From the NCBI GenBank assembly GCA_001275005.1, contig JWZX01001846.1, positions 1 through 32,813 of the forward strand: a stretch of 32,813 nt of DNA, written 5' to 3'. Under the pieces are notes generated by a model. It searched no databases. It worked only from the letters and a program-made list of their open reading frames with translations, and was not told the origin of the DNA. Of the stretch, positions 21,101 to 28,480 are shown piece by piece (within the stretch, counting starts at the first letter, position 1; each line of letters starts with the position of its first letter). Source of the stretch: Chrysochromulina tobinii. Taxonomy: Eukaryota. The position numbers and the translations under genes are program-made.

Positions 21101-23550
21101 ATCTGCCGAGCTCGAGAGCACGATGGGAGCTCCGATCTCGGAGATGGGAGGTACGATCTCGGAGATGGGAGGTCCGATCTCGGAGATGGGAGCTCGTATC
21201 TCGGAGATGGGATCTCGGATCTCGGAGATGGGAGGTCCGATCTCGGAGATGGGAGCTCGGATCTCGGAGATGGGAGCTCGGATCTGGGAGCTCGAGAGCA
21301 CGATGGGAGGTCCGTAGTAGCCGCGCTGCCCGACGAATGCAAGCGCCACCAGCTGCTGGAGCACGACGAGATCCGCCAGCTGCAGCTCGCCCAGCGCGAA
21401 TGCATGCGTCTCGACCAGGGTGCGCAACCGACCGGCCTCCTTCTCCGCCTCCCAGCGTGCCGCGGAGAGCATCGCGGGCCAGAGCGGCGCGCTGCCCGCG
21501 CCCTGCCACACCTGAGACAAGAAATGGACAACATATGCCACGGCTCTCTCAGAAAAGTCATCAGAGGTCATCAGAGGTCATCAGAAGTCATCAGAGGTCA
21601 TCAGAGGTCGTCAGAGGTCATCACACCTGGGGCAGCCTATGTAACGGCTCCTCATACCCGTCATCAGAAGTCATCAGAAGTCATCAGAGGTCATCAGAGG
21701 TCATCACACCTGGGGCAGCCTATGTAACGGCTCCTCATACCCACGCCGGCAGCGCTCAAGGGCCTTGCCCGGCCGGTCGTCGGTCAGCGCGCCTACCAGC
21801 TCAGCAGGCATGCCTTTGGAGGCGGAGGAGTCGACGCGCCCGATACAGCGCCCTCGAGCCGTCGACGCGCCCGATACAGCGCCCGAGCCCCCCTGGCTGC
21901 CGCCGCCAGTACCGCCGCCGCCAGCGCTCTTGCCACCGTGCTGACTCTCGGCGGCACGCTTCGACTTCAAGCCCCACGATGCCCAGAGGCTCGGCGCGAG
22001 GAGCGAGCGCTGCACCTGTGGGGAGAGGGGAGCGGGCGCCATCGTGAGCACGTGCATGCAGATGCCCAGAGGCTCGGCGCGAGGAGCGAGCGCTGCACCG
22101 AGTCGATCAGGATCATCTGGCGCTCACGGCCGTAGCCTACCACAACGTCGGCCGTGCACGCGTCAGCGGCCGCGTGCCCATCTTCACAGGCCGCGTGCAC
22201 ATCTTCACAGGCCGCGTGCCCATCTTCACAGCCCGCGTCTTCGGCCGACCCCAGCGCCGTCCCCTGCGCCGTCCCCTGCGCATGGCGCAGCGCGGCGGGC
22301 AGCACGAAGTCCGCATGGAGGACCTTTTCGGCCATCGTGAGGTCGAACTCGAATCTTCGCACGCGCTGTGGAGGGATTCGTAACCGGAGCTTCGCCTTGG
22401 TACGACGCAGGAAGATGGGGCGGAGCGTCGCGCGGAGGGTGTCGAGTGCGCTCACGTCGCCGCGCTGCCACGCTGAGGCTGCCGCGTGCCAGGTGCTTGC
22501 GAGAGGCCCGCGCTCGCCTGCCATCGGGTGCACTCGGGAACCATCAGAGGCCATGTGAGGATCATCAGGTGCCAGCAGATGCCATCAGGGGCCATCAGGG
22601 GCCATCAGGTGCAATCAGGTGCAATCAGGTGTCATCAGGTGCCATCAGGTGCCCTCAGGTGAAATCAGGTGCCATCAGAGGGTCGTGCTCGCCACGGCGC
22701 TTGCCTCCTTCGAGGAAGTGGAGAAGTTGGAAGAGGTCGCCCAGCCGCTCGTGCTCCATCGGCGTGCCTGTGGGGAAGTGAGAGCGTCGTGGTGAGCACA
22801 TACATGCTGTTGGACGAGGTCGCCCAGCCGCTCGTGCTCCATCGGCGTGCCTGACACCGTCCAGCGATGCGTCGCTGCCACGAGGCGCACCGTCTTGCCG
22901 GCCGCGTACGAGCCAGGCGCCTTCTGCACCTCGTCGAGGATCACGCGCCAAAAGTGCAGGTACTTGAGCGGCGACGGGCGCGTATCGTCGTCCGTCGCGC
23001 GCACACGCAGGTTGAGGCTGCTGCGCTTCTCCTTGACACTCTCGAAGCTTTGCTGGAGCGGTCGCAGCTCGCGCATCAGCACGTCGTAGCTGGCGAGCAC
23101 GACGTCCGCGCCGGCGAGGCGGGCCACCTCGGCCATCACAGCCTCGTGCGTCGCCCCTTCGGGCCGGCCGCGGAAGTGCACGAGGCGCAGCGCAGGCGCG
23201 TGGAGGCGCAGCTCGCGCGCCCACTGCTGCTCGATGGCCGCCGTGCATGCGATGAGTGTGCTGCCGCACGGGAGGACGAGCCCCTGGGGGGCAAGGCTGC
23301 ATTCGGCCGGCCGCCACGAGTTCGCCGCCACGAGCGCCGCACACATGACCGTCTTGCCCACGCCCTGCTCGTCTGCGAGGATCCCGCCCTTGAGCGCACC
23401 CGCGCGCTCACAATCGAGCATGAAGGTCAAGGCTTGGCGCTGGAAGTCGAAGAGCGTGCTCGCGATGGCTGCGGGTTGCGGCGCCTCGGCGAGATCAGCA
23501 CCCACGTTGAGCGCGTCTAAGAAATCGGTCGGTAGTTTGGGCATGGACAT
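18146..23550 (-). CDS. SNF2-family ATPase/helicase (SHPRH/Irc20/Rad5-like group), 11 exons, 1310 aa
   Basis: Motifs LFDFQRQAL, GGILADEQGVGKT, FWRVILDEVQ, RWTVSGTP, LRRTK, SSKLRAL, KAVVFTRF, AAGLTLTCAQHV and QAAARVARIGQ. Exons 23550-22851, 22767-22705, 22517-22099, 22015-21710, 21511-20963, 20889-20356, 20071-19904, 19726-19426, 19340-19225, 19088-18644 and 18477-18146 sum to 3933 nt with all phases consistent. Confidence 0.9.
18478..18643 (-). other. Intron made of two identical 83-bp units; acceptor comes from a duplicated upstream exon end
   Basis: Each unit is gtgtgatgacttc-satellite followed by a 34-bp exon copy ending gatgcag. Removal restores LDAG-QSAAGL. Confidence 0.88.
19089..19224 (-). 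other. Cassette-family intron (13-bp exon duplication; internally duplicated)
   Basis: gtgtgtgcgctgg...gtgctcactacgacgttctcacttccccacag|gtgcgtgcgctgg; restores RFDR-VRAL. Confidence 0.85.
19341..19425 (-). other. Cassette-family intron (36-bp exon duplication, 2 mismatches)
   Basis: gtgccgagaagc...gcatgcatgtgctcaccacgacgctctcacttccccacag|gtgccgagaagc. Confidence 0.9.
19727..19903 (-). other. GC-AG intron filled with (tgattgcctc)n decamer satellite
   Basis: CAG|gcgcgc...ttgacag|GCC; restores REKQ-AVREAAEK. Confidence 0.8.
20072..20355 (-). other. Compound satellite intron containing a 23-nt pseudo-exon (20284-20306)
   Basis: AAG|gttcgt...ccctcatcag|GAG; restores RMTK-ERLTDEE. Confidence 0.8.
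20520..20722. repeat. 24-bp coding minisatellite (AVVGTTSG)n
   Basis: Tandem ccactcgtggtgcccaccacagca units inside SNF2 exon 6. Confidence 0.85.
20890..20962 (-). other. Cassette-family intron (27-bp exon duplication, 2 mismatches)
   Basis: gtactccgccacctc...gcatgcacgtgctcaccacgacgctcccacttccccacag|gtgctccgccacctc. Confidence 0.9.
21108..21309. repeat. 21-bp minisatellite (PISEIRA-like) bounded by 22-bp direct repeats
   Basis: gatctcggagatgggag units; gagctcgagagcacgatgggag at 21108 and 21288 (offset 180). Confidence 0.88.
21512..21709 (-). other. Satellite intron with an internal 33-bp copy of the upstream exon end and an internal AG/GT site
   Basis: CAG|gtgtga...tctcag|GTGTGG; restores RLPQ-VWQG. 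Confidence 0.85.
22016..22098 (-). other. Cassette-family intron (perfect 38-bp exon duplication)
   Basis: 21978-22015 is identical to 22061-22098; cassette tgcatgcacgtgctcacgatggcgcccgctcccctctccccacag. Confidence 0.92.
22518..22704 (-). other. GC-AG intron with (tgatggcacc)n-type decamer satellite
   Basis: GAG|gcaagcgc...ggcag|GCGAGCGC; restores FLEG-GERGP. Confidence 0.8.
22768..22850 (-). other. Cassette-family GC-AG intron (42-bp exon duplication, 1 mismatch) inside helicase motif III
   Basis: TCAG|gcacgccgatgg...gtgctcaccacgacgctctcacttccccacag|GCACGCCGATGG; restores SGTPMEHERLGDLFQLLHFL. Confidence 0.92.
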
Positions 23551-23930
23551 GGCGCGTCGAGTGTGTGAACGTTAACACGACAGACGCGACAACCGGTGCT
23601 ACCGGTACGGCACTGTTTTTCGAAACAACACCGACACCGACCGCGGTGTGACCTGTGGGGAACATAGGAATTCCAAATCGACAACGCCTATCGTAAGGAA
23701 TTCCTACCGAGTACCGTAAACCGTAGGTACCACGACCACCCCCACATGCCCTCAGGGTCAGGCTCAGTCGCCCTCACCCAACAATTTGCGCCTGCACCAC
23801 GTCCTGCTCGGCCGCGTTCGCGGCAAGAGCCGCCCAACGACACGAGGAATTGCAAATCTTGATTACTTGATATGGCAAATAATCTCTCGTCAAGTTATGA
23901 GTCAAGAGTCAAGAGCTGTTGATCTACTGG

Positions 23931-26183
23931 TCAAGCTGCAGGAGGCGGCCCTCGAAAGCCAGCTCGAGAGCCTGCAGTGCCGGTCCGACGTGGCAGATTG
24001 TGCCACATGATGCCCTGCTCCGTCACTGAGGGCACAAGCACCTCGCCGGCCCGGAGCTCGCGATTTGGCGAAGTCGAGCCCGGCAGCGCAGGCCACTTGA
24101 TCTGCGCCGCCGCCGCGCTCGCGGCGGCTCTCGCGGCGGCGCTCGTGGCGGAGAGGTACGGAGAGCCCAAGGCATACGCCGCCTGTGGGGAAAAGGCGCC
24201 GAGGTGAGCACTTGCATGCTGCCCTTGAGAGCCCAAGGCATACGCCGCCTCCACCCGCCGTTCGCGTGCGTCGCCGACGCCGTGTAGGTCACTGTGTAGG
24301 TGCATGTGTACTAGGCTGCCCGAGGACTTGGGGCGTGTGGCTTGGCGCAGCATGCGCAGCTCTACGTGCGATGAGGAAGGGCGTCCGGCGCTCGTGGCAG
24401 CGCTCGAGCGACGCACAGGGAGGGCGGCCGCCTCCATCGGCAGGGCGGTCGCGTCGGACACATTGTTCTCCTGGGAAGCGCCCTGATGGTGATCAGGGCC
24501 CTGAAATTTCGCCGCGAGCAACGGACGCACTCGTGCCTGGCACTGCGGCCACTGAGGCCGTTGGCTATCTTGATACGCGATCTCGTACGCACGGCGTGCC
24601 TCGCGGGTGGCAGCCTCCGCCGTCGCAGCTCGTCGTAGCGCCGTGAACGAGTGCACCTCGGCCTCCGTGAGGGACTTGCGAAGGACGCTGATGGTCGCGC
24701 GCAGTTCTGATTGGAACGCCATGTAGACCAGGACAGGGGTCAGACCAGTGCCGCCTGCGCCGCCTGCGCTGCCGGCGCCGCCTGCGCCGCCGGACGCACT
24801 GCCTGCTGCAAGTTCGCGCGCGGCCGCTTGGATCGCGAGGTTCTGCTCGTGAACCAGCTGCTCGCGCGCGGCGGCCACCGCCTGCGTTACCGCCACCTCC
24901 TGCGCTCGTGCCGCCTGTTCGGCTGCCTCCGTGGCCTGCGCCTGCAGCAGCGCGCTCTTGGCACCTACCATCCACTTGGAAGAGAGCGCCGCCTGCATCG
25001 CAATCGCTGCCACCGCGCTCTCGACCGCGGCCTTCTTATCGAGCGCAGCCACCTCTTGCTCAATGGCGACCGCCTTTGCGACGGCCGCCTCCTGCTCCAC
25101 TGCCGCCTGCCACCGATGATCCTCGATTGCCTTCACGTGCTCCGCTTCCAAGGCGACGTGGGCCGCCTCCGCCGCCGCCTTCGTCTCCGCCACTTCGGCC
25201 ATCGCCGCCACCTTTGTCGCCTCCAACTCCGCCGCCGCTGTCGCCTCAACAGCTGAAAGCCGCTCCGCCGCTGTCGCCTCAACAGCCGATAGCCGCTCCG
25301 CCGCCACTGCTGCAGCGACGCGTTTCTCTTCCTCGGCGCACGCCATGGCCTCTTCGAGTGCCCTAGCGGCCTCCGCTTTGGTCGCCTCGAGCTCGGCGGC
25401 GGCAACCGCCATCGCTGCAGCCTTTTGCGCTGCCGCCTCCTCCATCGCCGCCTCGAGGTTGGCTGCCGCGATCGCCATGGCCGCGGCCATCTGCGCGGCG
25501 GCCTCCTCGGCTGCCTCCTCGGCTGCAGCCTCCAGCGCGGCTTCCAAAGCGAGGGCTGCCTCTTCGCGTGTAGCGGAAACCGCCTGCGTCACCGCCGCCT
25601 CCTGCGCCTTCAGCGCTGCCTCAGCCGCTTCCGCTGCCTCCTCAGCGAAACGTGATTCGCGCGCTGCTGCCGTCCACGTGTTGGCCAGCTTTGCGCGCGC
25701 GACCATCGCGGCGACGGCGGCGCTGACAGCAGCATGCTGCTCTGCTTTATGCTTGACTGCCTTCACGATACCAACCGTGTTCGAGCGACTCCGCTCTTTG
25801 ACCCGCGTGGTGCTCACGGCTGCCTCCACCGCTGCCCTCTGCTCGCTCGCAGCCTTTTCGCTCGCCGCGGCGAGCGCTGCGGCCGCTGCGGCGAGCGCTG
25901 AAGCCATCGCCTGCTCGTGCGCAGCTTGCGCCTCCGCAGCCGTTGCACTTGCGGCAGCGAGCATGTCGGCCACCGCCCGTTCATGCGCAGCTTGTGCCTT
26001 GGCCCGTTGCGCCGCTGCCTCAGCATCCTTAGCCATGACTACTGCGGCAACCTCTCGGTCGATGGCGGAATGCGCAGCCCTTGCGCCTTCTGTACGAGCC
26101 TCATCGACGGCGATCGCCACAGCATCTGCAACGGCCGCCTCTGCGACCGACGCTTTGACGTAGCCTTGCGTTCGGACGTCCAT
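23931..26183 (-). CDS. Ala/Glu-rich coiled-coil hypothetical protein; intron 24183-24248
   Basis: 750-aa ORF with heptad-like A/E/K composition. The duplicated peptide AAYALGS marks an in-frame intron. Confidence 0.7.
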   Translation of the reverse strand: MDVRTQGYVKASVAEAAVADAVAIAVDEARTEGARAAHSAIDREVAAVVMAKDAEAAAQRAKAQAAHERAVADMLAAASATAAEAQAAHEQAMASALAAAAAALAAASEKAASEQRAAVEAAVSTTRVKERSRSNTVGIVKAVKHKAEQHAAVSAAVAAMVARAKLANTWTAAARESRFAEEAAEAAEAALKAQEAAVTQAVSATREEAALALEAALEAAAEEAAEEAAAQMAAAMAIAAANLEAAMEEAAAQKAAAMAVAAAELEATKAEAARALEEAMACAEEEKRVAAAVAAERLSAVEATAAERLSAVEATAAAELEATKVAAMAEVAETKAAAEAAHVALEAEHVKAIEDHRWQAAVEQEAAVAKAVAIEQEVAALDKKAAVESAVAAIAMQAALSSKWMVGAKSALLQAQATEAAEQAARAQEVAVTQAVAAAREQLVHEQNLAIQAAARELAAGSASGGAGGAGSAGGAGGTGLTPVLVYMAFQSELRATISVLRKSLTEAEVHSFTALRRAATAEAATREARRAYEIAYQDSQRPQWPQCQARVRPLLAAKFQGPDHHQGASQENNVSDATALPMEAAALPVRRSSAATSAGRPSSSHVELRMLRQATRPKSSGSLVHMHLHSDLHGVGDARERRVEAAYALGSQGQHASAHLGAFSPQAAYALGSPYLSATSAAARAAASAAAAQIKWPALPGSTSPNRELRAGEVLVPSVTEQGIMWHNLPRRTGTAGSRAGFRGPPPAA
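24183..24248 (-). other. Cassette-family GC-AG intron (perfect 22-bp exon duplication; 66 nt, in frame)
   Basis: GAG|gcggcgtatgccttgggctctc-aagggcagcatgcaagtgctcacctcggcgccttttccccacag|gcggcgtatgccttgggctctc. Confidence 0.85.
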
Positions 26184-26437
26184 GCAACGCAGAAGCCCTG
26201 AGTGTAGTTGGCGGTGCGCTTGCGGTGGTGCTCCGCAAGAGGTTGGCGAGCTTCTTTTTGGCGGAAAAGAGGCGCGGTCTCGAATTCTGAAACAGCACCT
26301 TGGCTATTTCCTTGGAGGAAACGGCTGTCTGTGCATGCAAAGCGACATGAGTCATCTCCCTCCCTCCTAAGAATCGAAACGTTGTTTACATTCTCCGTCT
26401 ATCGTGATTCATGCGAATTGAATTCTCAACTTTATGA

Positions 26438-27610
26438 TCACGTCGCGACCCCAAGCCCAACCCGAGGAGGCCCCCGGCGCCGCTTGTTGCCGCCGCGTCC
26501 TCCACCTCGCCTGCGCCCCTGCATGGCCATCGTGGAGAGCCCTCGGGTTCGATTGCCGCCCACCCCGTGGCAGACCAGAGACGGCCTGCACGGCGCTGGC
26601 AGCACCTCCGGCAGCGGACAGGCGAAGAGGTTGGTGTCGTCCCGTGCACGATCGACAGGACGCAAGCTGTGGAGTGGCTGGAGTGGCCCTTGAGAGTTCG
26701 TGAGGACGCACCTGTGGGGAAAGGAGAAGGCGCCGTGGTGAGCACTTGCATGCTGCCCTTGAGAGTTCGTGAGGACGCACCGGCTGAGCCGCAGGCCGGA
26801 CATGCCGGTAGGGAGGGTGCCACTGAGCCGGTTGCCATGGATCTCGAGCTGGCGCAGCGCGTGCCAGCCGCCAATGCTCCTCGGCAGTGTGCCCGACAGC
26901 CGTGTACCGACCAGCCACAAGGCTCGCAACTGGTGGAGCTCGCCGATCTCGGAGGGGATGGTGCCGGAGAGGCGCGTGGCCGCAAAGGAGACGTGCTGGA
27001 GCGCCGACGCACGGCCGAGCTCCGTCGGTAGCGTGCCACTCAAATGCTTGCAGCTATGCGTAAACATGCTCCGTGCACTGCCCAGCCAACCGAGCTCCGT
27101 GGGCAGCGTGCCCGACAGAAAAACGTGGTCGAGCTGTAGCCGCTGGAGATGACCCAGAGCGCCAACCTCGGGGCTCAAGGTACCCGAGAGCCTCGTGCCA
27201 GCCACATCGAGCTCACGCAGTGAGGCCCAGGCGTCCAATGAGTGCGGCACCGTGCCTGAGAGCGCCGCGTTGCTGGCGAGCAGCAGCGTCTCCATTTGAG
27301 CGAGCGACAGCAGCACTGCCGGCAGGGTGCCCGAGAGCCTGCTCGCGTCGATGTTCAGCGTCTTGATCTCGGAGAGCTGGGCGAGATGGCGTGGCAAGGT
27401 GCCGCTCACACGATTGTCGCCGAGGTCAATGCCCACCACTGTCGTATGGCTGCTGCGGTCGCACTCGATCCCGTGCCATCGGCACACGTTGCCGCTCAGC
27501 CAGCGAGTACTTGCACGCCACTTTGCGCCGTGCGCAGATGCGTATAGCTGCTCGAGCGCCTCCCGAGCCGTCGACGTGCCGAGGGTGCCTGCTGCGACGA
27601 CGGGGAACAT
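26438..27610 (-). CDS. Plant-type extracellular leucine-rich-repeat protein with N-cap; intron 26712-26780
   Basis: ALEQLY...W..GNVCRWHGIEC cap followed by repeated 24-aa LxxLxLxxxxLSGTLPxxLG units. Confidence 0.88.
   Translation of the reverse strand: MFPVVAAGTLGTSTAREALEQLYASAHGAKWRASTRWLSGNVCRWHGIECDRSSHTTVVGIDLGDNRVSGTLPRHLAQLSEIKTLNIDASRLSGTLPAVLLSLAQMETLLLASNAALSGTVPHSLDAWASLRELDVAGTRLSGTLSPEVGALGHLQRLQLDHVFLSGTLPTELGWLGSARSMFTHSCKHLSGTLPTELGRASALQHVSFAATRLSGTIPSEIGELHQLRALWLVGTRLSGTLPRSIGGWHALRQLEIHGNRLSGTLPTGMSGLRLSRCVLTNSQGQHASAHHGAFSFPHRCVLTNSQGPLQPLHSLRPVDRARDDTNLFACPLPEVLPAPCRPSLVCHGVGGNRTRGLSTMAMQGRRRGGGRGGNKRRRGPPRVGLGVAT
26712..26780 (-). other. Cassette-family intron (perfect 26-bp exon duplication; 69 nt, in frame)
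   Basis: gtgcgtcctcacgaactctcaagggc-agcatgcaagtgctcaccacggcgccttctcctttccccacag|gtgcgtcctcacgaactctcaagggc. Confidence 0.88.
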
Positions 27611-28021
27611 GCAGGCCTTTACGGTTTTTACCGCCAATTCATGTTAATACACACAACACAGCCTAGAAGAGAAGATCGGCGAGACCCAAATATGAACTCG
27701 GGCGGGAGCGCGCCCGCCGACATGGGCGGTGAACCCCCGAATGGGCGAGCCAGGGGGCAGCCAGTAGAAGTTTACAAGCCGCCCCCTGAAGAGACGCTGG
27801 CTCCGTTTTTACTGAGGAGCGGGGAGCGCTGGCTGCTGTGAAACACAAACGTGCAAGTCAAGTATGGTTGTCTTTTGTTTAAGTATAGACTTGACTTGAC
27901 TTGCAAGGTGCAAGGTGCAAGGAGGGTAGGACGCGTACGGTGGGGTTAGGCCTCAGAGCTTACCGGCGTTAACGAGGGATGTCATGTAATTTGCTCCTGG
28001 AACCTGTCGAGTTCGGACCGT

Positions 28022-28480
28022 GGAGTTCACACACGGTTTCTTTCTGTACAGTATCGCCACTGCCGACTGCGTCAGTTGTGGCCCGCGCGTCTCCATGCCA
28101 TCGCCGCCTCCACGGTCTCCAGCAGCGCATCCGGCACCATACCCACCGCCGAACATGTGCTCGAATCCATGCTTCGACACCTCCATCCTCTTGTGCACGT
28201 TCAGCACAGACTGCGTCGACTGCGGCGTGCGCACCGCGTCGCCGCCGCCGCCGCCACATTCCCCTACAATGGCGTGCATGAACAACTGCTTCAACGCCGG
28301 CGGCGGCTCGAGCAGCGACGATGGCGGCGGCCAGGGCTCTGAGTTCACAACGTGCGCCTACGTCACCGATTGCATCGGCTGTGGCCCGCGCATCTTCATG
28401 CCACCACCGCCTCCACGGTCACCAGCAGTGCATCCGGCACACAACCCACCGCCGAACATGTGCTCGAAATGCTTCGACAG
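28022..28480. repeat. Duplicated Cys-rich/Pro-rich coding module (DCxxCGPR...PPPNMCS), ~320-bp offset
   Basis: 28022-28180 resembles 28341-28480. Confidence 0.8.

Noticed and set aside
19750..22680. Arrays of short repeats with interspersed unique sequence resembling CRISPR
   Set aside because: Units are 10-bp tandem satellites inside spliceosomal introns; there is no constant repeat-spacer periodicity, no cas genes, and the context is eukaryotic.
18644..22767. Nucleosome-phased intron spacing as described for Introners
   Set aside because: Internal exon lengths (63, 419, 306, 549, 534, 168, 301, 116, 445) show no clear periodicity, and there are too few points.
18146..23550. SNF2 gene as a frameshifted pseudogene
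   Set aside because: All breaks resolve with GT/GC-AG introns into one 3933-nt frame with intact helicase motifs.
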